Positions 50,603-61,783 of a stretch of DNA of 64,000 nt are shown piece after piece; positions within the stretch are counted from its first letter, which is position 1, and each line of letters begins with the position of its first letter. The DNA is taken from positions 2,784,001 to 2,848,000 of the forward strand of contig OZ245838.1 in NCBI GenBank assembly GCA_965228735.1, read 5' to 3'. A program made the translations under genes and the position numbers. Below the pieces are notes generated by a model that made no database searches, was not told where the DNA came from, and saw only the letters and a list, made by a program, of their open reading frames with translations. Source of the stretch: Planctomycetota bacterium. GTDB lineage: Bacteria > Planctomycetota > UBA1135 > UBA2386.

Positions 50603-51424
50603 ATGACGGACCAGAACGACATGACGCAGCGATCGGCCGAACCGATCGACCGCTCTTCTGACCACGGGGAAACCGCTGCGAGCTCGTCGACCACCGGGAA
50701 CGGCAAGGGCAGACGGCGCGAATCACGACGCGCACGCAAGCGGGCCCGGCGGCAGGCCGCGCGCGCGACGGCAACGACCGAGAAGGCAGAGCCGCTCGAG
50801 ACGCACGAAGGTCAGGCCCTGGCAACCGCGGAGCTGGTCTCGGCCATCGACACGTTCGATCTCGAAACCACGGTGCGCGCGCAGCCGACGGACGCCGAGC
50901 GCCCGAGTGAACCGACCGCGATCGAACGCGGCCTCGACCGCGATCTCGACCAGGCCGCCGCGGCGATGGCACAGGCGGCCCTCGAACCGGACATCGACAC
51001 CGTCGATGGGCTCGTGGAGGAGACCCAGGCGATCGTCGCGCGGCTCGCGGACACCGTCGAGGCCGGCCCCACAGAACAGACCGAGACCGCGGACTCCGGC
51101 GACGCGATCGGCATCGTCGAGGCCGTGAACGACCTGGACGACCTCGAGGTCGTCGACGACGACGCGTTCGCCGGTCAGCTGCTGCTGCGACCGGAGCGCG
51201 GGCCGAGTCCGCTCGACGCGCTCATTCCGGCGCCGCCCACGCTCGTGCTCGAGGAAGAGCCCGAACGGCCGCGCCGGGACTACAAGATGAGGGCCCCGAC
51301 CGGCCGGCGCGACCGCCAGCGCCGCCGCGCGGCCCCGCGCAGTGACGAACTGCTCGTGATCAAGCTCATGCTGCCGTTCGTGATCGGCCTCTGTGCCGGC
51401 TTCGGGTTCGGCCTCATCAACTGA
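50603..51424 (+). CDS. Hypothetical acidic low-complexity protein with a C-terminal TM anchor
   Basis: Host-like codon usage; ends LLVIKLMLPFVIGLCAGFGFGLIN. Confidence 0.7.
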   Translation: MTDQNDMTQRSAEPIDRSSDHGETAASSSTTGNGKGRRRESRRARKRARRQAARATATTEKAEPLETHEGQALATAELVSAIDTFDLETTVRAQPTDAERPSEPTAIERGLDRDLDQAAAAMAQAALEPDIDTVDGLVEETQAIVARLADTVEAGPTEQTETADSGDAIGIVEAVNDLDDLEVVDDDAFAGQLLLRPERGPSPLDALIPAPPTLVLEEEPERPRRDYKMRAPTGRRDRQRRRAAPRSDELLVIKLMLPFVIGLCAGFGFGLIN

Positions 51425-51425
51425 G

Positions 51426-51490
51426 CCGGTCGACTAGACCGGTCGACTGGACTGGTCGACTGGACTGGTCGGGTGGGCCGGCCGGCCGGA
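51426..51490. repeat. 13-bp tandem repeat (c[ct]ggtcgactgga), about 5 decaying copies
   Basis: Read directly, between convergent genes. Confidence 0.7.
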
Positions 51491-51508
51491 CCGGCAACGT
51501 CGGGCCGA

Positions 51509-54500
51509 TCAGCTGGCGGGCAACGGCGGCGCGGTCTGGCGAGCCGCGGCAACGGCCTGCCGGTCCTCGAGCTGCGACTCGAGGCGACGCGCGCGTCGCA
51601 TCGGTGAGCCCGTGAACGGCGCGATCAGCCCGTAGGTCCCGGGCACGACGAGCAGCGTGGTGAACGTCGCGACCGTGACGCCGAACAGCACCACGAGCCC
51701 GATCGCGGACCGCCCTTCGGCACCCGCACCCGTCGCGAGCACGAGCGGCAGCGCGCCGAGCGAGGTCGACAGCCCGGTCATGAGGATCGGCCGCAGGCGC
51801 AGCACCGAGGCGTCGACGATCGCGTCGCGCCAGCTCTCGCCCTGGTCGCGCAGCTGGTTGGCGAACTCGACGATGAGGATGCCGTTCTTGGTGGCGAGGC
51901 CGATGAGGATGACGAGGCCGACGCCGCTGTAGATGTTGAGCGTCGCGCCGCCGAGCTCGAGCCCGAGCAGCCCGCCGAACGCGGCGAGCGGCACGGTCAG
52001 CATGATGACGATCGGCTGCAGGAAGCTCTCGAACTGCGCGGCGAGCACGAGGTAGACGAGCAGCAGCGCGACGATCAGCGTCACGAAGAACGCCGCGGAC
52101 GACTCCATGAACTCGCGGCTCTGGCCGTCGTAGGCCACGCCCGGGCGGTTGTCGAGTTCGTCGCGCACGATGCCGCGGAGGAACTCGAGCGCCTCGCCGA
52201 GCGTGTAGTCCTCGGCGAGGTTGGCGCTGATCTTGATCGCGCGCAGGCGGTCGTAGCGGTTGAGCGACGCCGAGTCGGCGAACTCCTTCAGCGTCACGAG
52301 ATTGGCCAGCGGCACGAGCTCGCGCGACGTGCTCGACCGCACGTAGATCTGCTGCAGGTCCGTCGGCGATCGCTTGTCATCGTCCTCGCACTCGAGGATG
52401 ACGTCATACTCCTCGCCGCGGTCGACGAACGTCGTCACCCGCCGCGACCCCATGAGCGTCTCGAGCGTGCGCCCGACCTCGGTCGACGACACGCCGAGAT
52501 CGCCCGCGCGGTCGTGATCGACGAGCACTGCGACCTGCGGCTTGGTCTCCTCGTAATCGGAGTTGACCGCGAGCAGTCCCGGATTCTTGCGAGCCGCAGC
52601 GATCACGGCGTCCCGCCACGCCGCGAGCTCTTCGTAGCTCGAACCCGTGAGCACGAACTGCACGGGCTGACCCGAACGCCGCAGCAGACCGGACTCCGGG
52701 ATGGAGAACGCGCGGTAGCCGGCCATGCTCTCGAACTGCCGATCGACGTCGGCCATGACCTCCTTGGTCGTCCGTTCGCGCTCGTCCCAGTGCACGAGCA
52801 GCACGGTGCCGAACGCCGAGTTCACGCTGCCGCTCGACGAGAACGAGCCGGGCACGCGCACGAGCACGCGTTGGCCCTCGCCCGATTCGATGAGCTCGAG
52901 CAGCACGTCCTCGACGCGCGACGCGGCCGCGACCGAGTGCTCGAACGACGCCCCCTCGGGGCCGCGCACGCTCACGCGGAACGAGCCGCGGTCCTCCTGC
53001 GGCGCATACTCCGCCGGCAGCCCGGTGAGCAGTCCACCGAGGGACAGCGCGAGCCCGACGACGATGCCGAGCGCGGCGAGCGGCTGGCTGACGACGCCCT
53101 CGAGCACCCAGCGATACGCGCGCATGATCGGCTCGAACACCGCATCGACGAACCGCGCGAAGAGCGACGGGCGGCCGCCCCGCAGCAGCGCGGAGCACAT
53201 CATCGGCGACAGCGTCAGCGCGACGAGCGTGGACAGCAGCACGGCGCCCGCGAGCGCCATGGCGAACTCGGTGAAGAGCCGACCCGTCGTGCCTTCGAGG
53301 AACGTCACCGCGAGCAGCACGGCCAGCAGCACGACCGTCGTCGCGATCACGGCGAAGCCGACCTGACGGGCACCGAGGTACGCCGCGCGCAGCGGTGGCT
53401 CGCCGTCGCGGATGCGCCGCGCGATGTTCTCGAGCACGACGATCGCGTCGTCCACGACGAGCCCGATCGCGAGCACGAGGCCGAGCAGCGTCAGCAGGTT
53501 GATCGAGTAGCCCAGCAGGTAGAGCACGAAGAACGACCCGACGAGCGACACCGGCACGGTGACCGCGGGCACGAGCGTCGCCGTGCCGCTGCCGAGGAAC
53601 ACGAAGATCACGAGCACAACGACGCCGGCCGTGATCAGCAGCGTGAGCCAGACCTCCTCGATCGCCGCGTTGATGTAGAGCGACGAGTCCGAGCTCGGGT
53701 AGAGCTCCATGTCGGACGGCAGCGTCGCGTTGACTGCCGCCATCCGCTCCTTCACGCCCTCGACGACCGCGAGCACGTTGGCCTTGGCCTGCGCCTGGAT
53801 GCCGAGCCCGACCATGTCCTCGCCGTTGCGGCGGAACATCGAACGGTCGTCGGTCGGCCCGAGCTCGACCCGCGCCACGTCACGCAGCCGCAACAGGTGT
53901 CCCGACGTGCCGCGGCCGACGACGAGCTCGCCGAACTGCTGCGCCGTCTGGAACCGGCGCTGGATCCGCACCGTGAACTCGCGGCTCGTCGACTCGATGC
54001 GGCCCGCGGGCAGCTCGACGTTCTCGCGCCGCAGCGCGTCCTCGACGTCGCCGACCGTGAGCCCCGTCGCGGCGAGCGCATCGCGGTCGAGCCACACGCG
54101 CATCGCGGCGCGACTGCCGCCGCCGTAGCGCACCTGCGCGACGCCCGGCACCGTCGAGAACTGGTCGACGATGTAGCGTTCGGCGTAGTCCGAGAGTTCG
54201 AGCGCGTTCCGCACGGGCGACGCGAGGTTCATCCAGAAGACGGTGTCCGAACCGGACTGCGCCTTCGCGACCTCGGGCGGGTCGACCTCGTCGGGCAGGT
54301 TGTCGAGCACGCGGGAGACCCGGTCGCGCACGTCGTTCGCCGCGGCGTCGAGGTCGCGCTCGAGGCGGAACTCGATGTCGATCGACGAGCGGCCATCCGT
54401 CGTCTCCGACGAAACGGTGCGGATGCCGTCGATGCCGCTGACGCTGTTCTCGAGCACCTGCGTGACGCGCGTCTCGACGACCGCGGCGGCGGCGCCGGGA

Positions 54501-54652
54501 TACTGCGTCGTGATCGACACGGACGGCGCGTCGATGTCGGGCAGCTCGCGGATACCGAGCCGCGACAAGCCCACGAGGCCGAGCGTGACGACGAGGAGGC
54601 TGGCGACGATGGCCAGCACCGGGCGACGGACCGCGAGATCGGAGATGATCAT
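51509..54652 (-). CDS. RND efflux permease (AcrB/MexW-like)
   Basis: GLVVDDAIVVLEN, AQFES, KNGILIVEFA and RLRPILMT motifs. Confidence 0.96.
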   Translation of the reverse strand: MIISDLAVRRPVLAIVASLLVVTLGLVGLSRLGIRELPDIDAPSVSITTQYPGAAAAVVETRVTQVLENSVSGIDGIRTVSSETTDGRSSIDIEFRLERDLDAAANDVRDRVSRVLDNLPDEVDPPEVAKAQSGSDTVFWMNLASPVRNALELSDYAERYIVDQFSTVPGVAQVRYGGGSRAAMRVWLDRDALAATGLTVGDVEDALRRENVELPAGRIESTSREFTVRIQRRFQTAQQFGELVVGRGTSGHLLRLRDVARVELGPTDDRSMFRRNGEDMVGLGIQAQAKANVLAVVEGVKERMAAVNATLPSDMELYPSSDSSLYINAAIEEVWLTLLITAGVVVLVIFVFLGSGTATLVPAVTVPVSLVGSFFVLYLLGYSINLLTLLGLVLAIGLVVDDAIVVLENIARRIRDGEPPLRAAYLGARQVGFAVIATTVVLLAVLLAVTFLEGTTGRLFTEFAMALAGAVLLSTLVALTLSPMMCSALLRGGRPSLFARFVDAVFEPIMRAYRWVLEGVVSQPLAALGIVVGLALSLGGLLTGLPAEYAPQEDRGSFRVSVRGPEGASFEHSVAAASRVEDVLLELIESGEGQRVLVRVPGSFSSSGSVNSAFGTVLLVHWDERERTTKEVMADVDRQFESMAGYRAFSIPESGLLRRSGQPVQFVLTGSSYEELAAWRDAVIAAARKNPGLLAVNSDYEETKPQVAVLVDHDRAGDLGVSSTEVGRTLETLMGSRRVTTFVDRGEEYDVILECEDDDKRSPTDLQQIYVRSSTSRELVPLANLVTLKEFADSASLNRYDRLRAIKISANLAEDYTLGEALEFLRGIVRDELDNRPGVAYDGQSREFMESSAAFFVTLIVALLLVYLVLAAQFESFLQPIVIMLTVPLAAFGGLLGLELGGATLNIYSGVGLVILIGLATKNGILIVEFANQLRDQGESWRDAIVDASVLRLRPILMTGLSTSLGALPLVLATGAGAEGRSAIGLVVLFGVTVATFTTLLVVPGTYGLIAPFTGSPMRRARRLESQLEDRQAVAAARQTAPPLPAS

Positions 54653-54664
54653 CGTGCCTCCCGC

Positions 54665-55741
54665 TCAGCCGCCGCTGGTCGTAGAGCCGCGGACGTCGAC
54701 GACGTCGACGGGCGAACCGTCCCGCACGCGCGCAAGGCCCTGCACGACGACGCGCTGGTCGACGGCCAGGCCCTCGAGAACCTCGACGCGACCGATCCGC
54801 CGGCGGCCGACGCGCACCTCAGTCTGCTGCGCCAACCCGTCCTCGCCCACGACGAACACGAAGTGCTGCTGGCCGCGCTGGACCAGCGACTCCTCGGGGA
54901 CCTGCAGCGACGGCGACTCGCCGCGATCGACCCGCACCTTGACGAGCATGCCGGGGCGCAGCCGGCCATCGGGGTTCGGCACGACGGCGCGGACGGTCGC
55001 CGCGCGCGCGACGGGATCGAGCCGGGTCCCCACAGCGGTGATGGCGCCGGGGAACTCATCGTCCGGCCACGCGTCGGTGCGCGCGTTGACCGGCATGCCG
55101 TTCTGGATGCCGGCGAGCCACGTCTCCGGGATCGTGAAGTCGACCTTGATGCGCGACAGGTCGTCGAGCGTCGTGATGACAGTCGCCGACTGCAGCAAGG
55201 ACCCGACGCTGACGCGGCGCAACCCGAGCCGCCCGGCGAACGGCGCGCGCACGAAGTGATCCTCGAGCAGCACCTCGAGCGTCGCGACGCGGGCCTGCGC
55301 CGCCTCGAGCTCGGCGGACGCCGCATCGACCTCGCTCCCGGGCGAGATGTTCTGCTGCGCGAGTTCGACCGCGCGCCGGTGCTTGGCGATCGCCTCCTTG
55401 AGCATCGCCTTGGATTCACGCAGCCGCGCCTCTTCCTCGCCCATCTCGAGCTCGAGCAGCACCGCGCCCTGCTCGACCTCCTGGCCGTCCTCGAAGTGGA
55501 TGGCCCGCACGAGGTCCGAGCGGTTGGCCGTGAGCTGCACGCTCTCGTTGGCGATCGCGGTGCCGAGCGCTTCGAGCGACTCGGAGAACGGCGCCTCTAC
55601 GACCGGTGCGAGGATCACGGGCGTGCTACTCGCGCGCCGCCGCGAATCGGCCTGCGCCTCTTCCTCGCCGCGCAGGAAGCCGAACCAGATCCCGGTCGCA
55701 ATTGCGAGAGCGGCAAACAGAAAGGCGATCAGCGTGCGCAT
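54665..55741 (-). CDS. RND periplasmic adaptor (MFP)
   Basis: VRAPFAG and LRPGM motifs; adjacent to the permease. Confidence 0.94.
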   Translation of the reverse strand: MRTLIAFLFAALAIATGIWFGFLRGEEEAQADSRRRASSTPVILAPVVEAPFSESLEALGTAIANESVQLTANRSDLVRAIHFEDGQEVEQGAVLLELEMGEEEARLRESKAMLKEAIAKHRRAVELAQQNISPGSEVDAASAELEAAQARVATLEVLLEDHFVRAPFAGRLGLRRVSVGSLLQSATVITTLDDLSRIKVDFTIPETWLAGIQNGMPVNARTDAWPDDEFPGAITAVGTRLDPVARAATVRAVVPNPDGRLRPGMLVKVRVDRGESPSLQVPEESLVQRGQQHFVFVVGEDGLAQQTEVRVGRRRIGRVEVLEGLAVDQRVVVQGLARVRDGSPVDVVDVRGSTTSGG

Positions 55742-56014
55742 CGGGGCGCGCAGTCTAGACCCAACGCACGCACGGGTCTGCCCGCGGGGAACGGAATCGT
55801 AGCGCGCGTACCGGCGACGTAACTCGGTCGCGCGAGAACGACGAGACCGAACGCCGATGCCACGGCCGGGTCCGCCGCGGCCGCCCGCGCCCGACTTCGC
55901 GGCCGGACCCAGACCCGGTTCACTCCGGATCGGCCCGCGACCGGCCCCACTGTCGGCCGCGAAGCGTTACGCTGCGACCACCCCCTCGACCATCACGCTT
56001 CACGGAGCTTACGC

Positions 56015-58537
56015 ATGCGCTTGCGTCCCGACCTGTCGCTCGTTCCGTTCCCGTTGTTCGCGTTCGCGACGGCAAGCCCGACCCAGTCGTTCGTCGATTC
56101 GGAACATACGTTCGTTCCCGACGTCGGACCGCACGTGCTCGTCGCCGCCGACTTCGACGGCGACGGGGACGAGGACCTGCTCGCGCAGGCGACCAATCCG
56201 CTGCTCGGCGGCTGGCGGTTGCTGGAGAACGACGGCAACGGCGTGTTCGAAGCGCGGCAGGGCACCCAGCTGGTCGCCGCCAACACGTTCTCCAGCGCGA
56301 CGGCTGCGGACCTCGACGGCGACGGTCACATCGACGTGGCGGTCACGGGCTACCTGTCGTTCGGCGGCGGTGCGTGGGTGCTGTGGAACGACGGCACCGG
56401 CTCGTTCACCGTGCAGGTGATCGCGACGGTCGGACCGTTCCACCGCGTGCTGCCCGTCGACCTCGACGGCGACAACGATCTCGATCTCGCGATCGCGGCC
56501 GGCGCGAGTCATGCTCCGGCCGAGTGCATGCTGTTCCGGAACGACGGCAACCGCACGTTCACCGACGTCTCCACCCTGATGCGCCCCGCGCCGCCGGAAC
56601 AGCGGGCCAGCGTCGCCGCGCTCGACGTGCAGGGCGACGGACGTGTCGACCTCGTGTTCGACGGCAACCCGGTGCTGACGATGCTGCAGAACCAGAACGG
56701 TGAGTTCGTCGCGACCCCCGGGGCACTCGGGCCGCCGCTGCCGCTCTATGGCGTGGGTGCGGTGGACACCGACGGCGATGGCGACGCCGATCTCGTCGGC
56801 CAATCCGGAACGGGCTCGACCGGCATCGGCATCACGCTGTTACGGAACGACGGCGGCGGGACGTTCACCCGCCTGTTCGCACCGACTGCCGACGTGGCGG
56901 CATGGCGCGTGGCCGACATCGACGGCGACAACGACCTCGACTTCCTGACGCAGCGGCTCACGCTCAACAGCATCCAGCTCTGGCGCAACGATCCGGGCTT
57001 CACGCTCGTCGACGTCACGGCGACGGGCCTCGTGGCCGACCCCGACGGGACGCTCCTGACGGCGGCGTTCGTCGACAGCGACGGTGACGGTGACCCGGAC
57101 CTCTACCACCCGAGCCTGCGCGACCTGCGGCACAACGACGGGACCGGCACGTTCCGCGATCTGCGGCCGACGCGCTCGCCCGACGCGCCGCGGGGCGCGG
57201 CGCCGACCGACCTCGACGGCGACGGCGACATCGACCTCGTCGGCTTCGACGCTCCGACCGAGGCCGGCTTCGCGGGCCCGGCCGAACTCGCGCTCTGGCG
57301 GAACCTCGGCACGGGCGACTTCGCGAAGGTCACCGTCCTCGGCGTCATGGATGTCTGCGACGAGTCAGCCGTCGTCCTCTTCGACATGGACGGCGACGGC
57401 GACGACGACATCTGGGCGTTGACCTGCGCCAACCTCGATCGCGTCTGGGAGAATGCCGGCGCGACCGGCTACATCGAGCGCTCGGCCACCGCGTTCCCGG
57501 CGGATTCGCGCTTCGACCACTCGGTGCTCGTGCACGACTACGACGGCGACGGCGATCTCGACGCGTTCGTCGCGCGCGACTTCTACTTCGATTCGTTCTA
57601 CATCAACCAGGGCAACTTCACGTTCACCGAAGAAGGGACGACGCGGCTCACCGACGGCGAGGACACGAACGCCGCGGTCGCGCTCGACTTCGACGACGAC
57701 GGCGACATGGACCTCGCCCTCGCCAACACGACCACCCCGCTGCGATTGTTCGAGAACGACGGCACGGGTTACTTCAGCGATGCGACCGCGGGCCGGGTCC
57801 CGAACCTGACCACGACGTTTCGGTACATGCTCGACTTCGACATGGACGGCGACGGCGACAGCGACCTGTTGCTCGTCGAGCAATCGCCGCTCGCGCAACC
57901 GACGCTGCTGCGGAACGACGGCGGCGTGTTCGTCGAGACCGCGCTCCCGCTGATGCCGAGCGGCAGCCGCGACTGGCCGTCAGCCGCGGACTTCGACCTA
58001 GACGGCGACGTGGACCTGCTGATCGGCAGCCTCTGGCTGCAGAACGACGGGACCGGCACGTTCACGCTGGCGCCGACGCAGCCGGAGATCGCGGCACCCG
58101 AGGTCCGCCGCCCGGTCACGCTCACGGATCTCGACGGCGACGGCGATCCCGACGTGCTGTCGGCGCCGCTGCAGTATCACCGCCACCGCCAGCTCGAGAA
58201 CCGCATCCCGCCGCGCACCGGCCTCACCGCGGTCGCGCGGCTGCACGCACTGCCCGAGGCAGCGAACTGGACGCCGTTCGGGGTCCTCTACACCGCCGCC
58301 GGCCTCGCGCCCGCGACCAGCGTCGCGCCGTTCGGCACGCTGTTCCTGCAGCAGTCGACGCTGACCCCGCTCGTCACGCTGTTCGTCGACCCGGCCACGT
58401 TCACGGCCGACGCCGCGTATCCCATCCCGGCCAACCCGGGACTCATCGGCGTCTCGTTCCCGATGCAGGCGATCGTCGCGCACGGCCCCGCGAGCGCGCA
58501 CACGACGAACGCGGTGTTGGTGACGGTGGAGCAGTAG
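56015..58537 (+). CDS. Secreted FG-GAP/VCBS repeat protein with conserved C-terminal domain
   Basis: More than 10 DxDGDGDxD repeats with NDGxGxF. Confidence 0.9.
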   Translation: MRLRPDLSLVPFPLFAFATASPTQSFVDSEHTFVPDVGPHVLVAADFDGDGDEDLLAQATNPLLGGWRLLENDGNGVFEARQGTQLVAANTFSSATAADLDGDGHIDVAVTGYLSFGGGAWVLWNDGTGSFTVQVIATVGPFHRVLPVDLDGDNDLDLAIAAGASHAPAECMLFRNDGNRTFTDVSTLMRPAPPEQRASVAALDVQGDGRVDLVFDGNPVLTMLQNQNGEFVATPGALGPPLPLYGVGAVDTDGDGDADLVGQSGTGSTGIGITLLRNDGGGTFTRLFAPTADVAAWRVADIDGDNDLDFLTQRLTLNSIQLWRNDPGFTLVDVTATGLVADPDGTLLTAAFVDSDGDGDPDLYHPSLRDLRHNDGTGTFRDLRPTRSPDAPRGAAPTDLDGDGDIDLVGFDAPTEAGFAGPAELALWRNLGTGDFAKVTVLGVMDVCDESAVVLFDMDGDGDDDIWALTCANLDRVWENAGATGYIERSATAFPADSRFDHSVLVHDYDGDGDLDAFVARDFYFDSFYINQGNFTFTEEGTTRLTDGEDTNAAVALDFDDDGDMDLALANTTTPLRLFENDGTGYFSDATAGRVPNLTTTFRYMLDFDMDGDGDSDLLLVEQSPLAQPTLLRNDGGVFVETALPLMPSGSRDWPSAADFDLDGDVDLLIGSLWLQNDGTGTFTLAPTQPEIAAPEVRRPVTLTDLDGDGDPDVLSAPLQYHRHRQLENRIPPRTGLTAVARLHALPEAANWTPFGVLYTAAGLAPATSVAPFGTLFLQQSTLTPLVTLFVDPATFTADAAYPIPANPGLIGVSFPMQAIVAHGPASAHTTNAVLVTVEQ

Positions 58538-58548
58538 GCGGCGGCGCC

Positions 58549-61500
58549 CTACTTCACGTAGGGCACGGCGAGCTTGCGCGCGAGCGCGTTGAACTCCGCG
58601 ACGCCGGTCTCGCGGGCCGTGCCGAACTTCGCGAGCTCGCCGTCGATCGCCTCGATCAGCTGGTTCGCGACGTCGCGCTGGCCCTGGGTCGGCGGGAACT
58701 CCGCCCGGTTCATGCCGCCCATCACGTTGAGCAGCTTGTCCGTGAGCCGGATCGGGAAGTTGAGCACGTCCTGGCTGCTCTTCGCCTTGGTCTGATACAG
58801 CGCTTCCTCGACCGCAGCCAGCTGCTCGGCGATCGCCTTGCGCTTGCTGTCGAGCTGCTCCTTGGCCTCGCCCTCCATGCGGTCGACGACGGCCTGCATC
58901 TGGTCGCGCACCGAACGGATCTCCTCGATCGCCTCGTGCGCGCGCGTCACGGTGTCACGGCAGCGGCGCGCGAGGCGGTAGCGCGCCTGCAGTTCCGCGA
59001 CCGTCGCATCCGTCCGCGGATCGGGCATCACGGCTGCCGACACGGTCTGACTCTGCTCGCCGAGCGCCACCGTGATGTCGTAGTAGCCGGGCGGCAGCTT
59101 GGGCGCGGTGCGACCGCGACCGGACCAGAGGATCATGCCGTCGAGCACCTTGGCGTTCTCCTCGTCCCACTTCACCGTGACCGCGTTCATGCCGCGCGTC
59201 ACGTCGAGCTTCTCGTCGCCCTCGCCGTCCGTGCTGCGCTCGAACACGACCTCGCCGTCGAGGTCCTTCGCGGTGATCGCGACGCGCTGGTCCACGTCCG
59301 CCTCGGGGTCGCCGCCGAGCCAGAAGCGCACGACGATGTCGCGTTCCGGGTTCTGACCGACGCCCTTGCGTTCGCCACCCCGCCCGGGGAACTGCGCGAC
59401 GGGCACGGGCTTCCAGACGTAAAGCGGTGCCTGCGCCTGCTCGGCGGAGAGCTGGCGCAGGTGCGGCAGCCCGTCGAACGACCAGAACGAACGGCCCTGG
59501 GTCGCCGCGATCAGCGATCCGTCCTTCACGACGAGGTCGGTGATCGGCACGAGCGGCAGATTCTGCTGCAGCCGCTGCCACCGGCGGCCGTTGTTGAAGC
59601 TCACCCACACGGTGCGCTCGGTGCCGCAGTAGAGCAGCCCGGGCATCCGCGGATCCGGTCGGATCGCGCGCGTGAACCAGCGCGGGTCCAGCCCGCCGGT
59701 GATCTCGCGCCAGCTCGCGCCGTAATCGTCGGTGACGTAGAGGTACGGCCGGAAGTCGTCGAGCTTGTAGCGCGTCGCCGCGATGTAGGCGCCGCCGTCG
59801 TTGTGCGGGTCGTGCACGAGGCAGTTGACCTGCGCCCACTCCGGCATGCTCGGCGGCGTCACGTTCTTCCACGTGCGGCCGTCGTCGCGCGAGACGTGCA
59901 CGAGCCCGTCGTCGCTGCCGCACCACAGGACGCCCGGCTGCCGCCCTTCGTCGAACGCGAAGATCGTGCAGTAGTACTCGACGCCCGTGTTGTCCTTGGT
60001 GATCGGCCCGCCGGAGCTTTGCTGCCTGCTCTTGTCGTCGGTCGTGAGATCGCCGCTGATCGGGCGCCAGCTCTGGCCCTCGTCGTCGCTGACGAACAGC
60101 ACCTGCGCGGCCGTGTAGAGCCGGTCCTCCACGTGGCGCGACCACTGGATCGGGAAGTTCCACTGGAAGCGGTAGCGCTGCTCACCGACGCCGGCGCCGA
60201 GCGGGTTGTCGGGCCAGACGTTCACGCTGCGGCTCAGGCCGGTGCGGTGATCGCGACGCGCCAGGTAGCCGCCGTAGCTGCCCCCGAACACGATGTCGCT
60301 GTTGCCCGGCTTGGGCGCGATCCAGCCGCTCTCGCCGCCGGCCGTCGATTCCCAATCGTCCTCGCCGATGCCGCGGCCGGTGCTGCGGTGCCGAATACGC
60401 ACCGTGCTGTTGTCCTGCTGCGCGCCATAGATGCGGTAGGGCCGGTCGTCGTCGACCGTGACGCGATAGAACTGCGCCGTCGGCTGGTTGCGAACGCTCG
60501 ACCAGCTCTTGCCGCCGTCCTCGGTCACGCACGCGCCGCCGTCGTTGGCCTCGATCATCCGGGCCGGGTCGCGCGGATCGATCCACAGGTCGTGGTTGTC
60601 ACCGTGCGGCACGCGGATGCGGGTGAACGATTCGCCGCCGTCCGTCGACTTGTGGAAGCCGACGTTGAGCCCGTAGATCGTCTCGGGATCCGTCGGGTCG
60701 ACGACGATGCGCGAGTAGTACCACGCGCGCTGCCGCAGGTTGCGGTCGTCGTTGATCAGCCGCCACGTCTCGCCGGCGTCGTCACTGCGGAACAACCCGC
60801 CGTCCGCGGCCTCGATCTGGGCGTAGACGATGTCGGGGTTGCTCGGTGCGGCGCAGATGCCGCTGATGCCGAGCAGGCCCTCGGGCATCCCGTCGCGCTC
60901 GTGCAGCGGCTCCCAGCTGTCGCCGCCGTCGGTGGACTTCCAGAGCCCCGACCCCTCGCCGCCCGACTCGAGCGAGTACGGCGTGCGGAACGCGCGCCAC
61001 GTCGTCGCGTAGAGCACGTCGGGATCGCTCGCGACGAGCCACAGGTCGACCGCGCCGGCGTGTTCGTTCGTGAACAGCACGCGCTCCCACTTCTTGCCGC
61101 CGTTCTTCGTGCGGTAGACACCGCGCTCCGGGTTCGGCCCCGACAGGTGACCCATGACGGCGGCGAACGCGACGTCGGGGTTCTTCGGGTGGATGCGAAT
61201 GCGGCTGATGTGACGCGACTCGGGCAGCCCGATGTACTCCCACGTCTCACCGCCGTCGGTCGACTTGTAGGCGCCTTCGCCGGAGCTCACGTTGCCGCGC
61301 CACGTCTTCTCGCCGCCGCCGACGTAGATCACGTTCGAATCACTCGGCGCGACCGCGACCGCGCCGATCGAACCGCCGAACGTCCCGTCGCTGATGTTCT
61401 CCCAGGACTCGCCCGCGTTCGTCGTCTTCCACACGCCACCGCCACACGATCCGAAGTAGTAGGTGTCACGGTCGCCGACGATGCCGGTAACCGTGCACGA

Positions 61501-61677
61501 CCGCCCACCGCGGAACGGCCCGACGAGCCGCCATTCGAGCGTCTCGAACAGCTCGGTCGGCACCGGCCCGGGGGGATCCTGCCGCGCTGCGGCAGCGTCC
61601 TGAGCGAACGCGGAAGTCGCCACGACCGCGACGGTCAGGGCGAGAACGAACGAACCAGCGAAGGCGCGCATCGACAT
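58549..61677 (-). CDS. Secreted BNR/Vps10 (sortilin-like) beta-propeller glycosyl hydrolase-like protein
   Basis: WRLVGPFRGGR, many SxDGGxTW Asp-boxes and PHGDNH. Confidence 0.9.
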   Translation of the reverse strand: MSMRAFAGSFVLALTVAVVATSAFAQDAAAARQDPPGPVPTELFETLEWRLVGPFRGGRSCTVTGIVGDRDTYYFGSCGGGVWKTTNAGESWENISDGTFGGSIGAVAVAPSDSNVIYVGGGEKTWRGNVSSGEGAYKSTDGGETWEYIGLPESRHISRIRIHPKNPDVAFAAVMGHLSGPNPERGVYRTKNGGKKWERVLFTNEHAGAVDLWLVASDPDVLYATTWRAFRTPYSLESGGEGSGLWKSTDGGDSWEPLHERDGMPEGLLGISGICAAPSNPDIVYAQIEAADGGLFRSDDAGETWRLINDDRNLRQRAWYYSRIVVDPTDPETIYGLNVGFHKSTDGGESFTRIRVPHGDNHDLWIDPRDPARMIEANDGGACVTEDGGKSWSSVRNQPTAQFYRVTVDDDRPYRIYGAQQDNSTVRIRHRSTGRGIGEDDWESTAGGESGWIAPKPGNSDIVFGGSYGGYLARRDHRTGLSRSVNVWPDNPLGAGVGEQRYRFQWNFPIQWSRHVEDRLYTAAQVLFVSDDEGQSWRPISGDLTTDDKSRQQSSGGPITKDNTGVEYYCTIFAFDEGRQPGVLWCGSDDGLVHVSRDDGRTWKNVTPPSMPEWAQVNCLVHDPHNDGGAYIAATRYKLDDFRPYLYVTDDYGASWREITGGLDPRWFTRAIRPDPRMPGLLYCGTERTVWVSFNNGRRWQRLQQNLPLVPITDLVVKDGSLIAATQGRSFWSFDGLPHLRQLSAEQAQAPLYVWKPVPVAQFPGRGGERKGVGQNPERDIVVRFWLGGDPEADVDQRVAITAKDLDGEVVFERSTDGEGDEKLDVTRGMNAVTVKWDEENAKVLDGMILWSGRGRTAPKLPPGYYDITVALGEQSQTVSAAVMPDPRTDATVAELQARYRLARRCRDTVTRAHEAIEEIRSVRDQMQAVVDRMEGEAKEQLDSKRKAIAEQLAAVEEALYQTKAKSSQDVLNFPIRLTDKLLNVMGGMNRAEFPPTQGQRDVANQLIEAIDGELAKFGTARETGVAEFNALARKLAVPYVK

Positions 61678-61783
61678 GCGAGCAAGCATGCAGCAACGCC
61701 ACACCGCGGAGAACAGCGGTCGCACCTTTGGGACAGGATCCGCGCCTCAGCGCAAGCGCCGGCGGGCGAAGTCGAGGAGGGCG

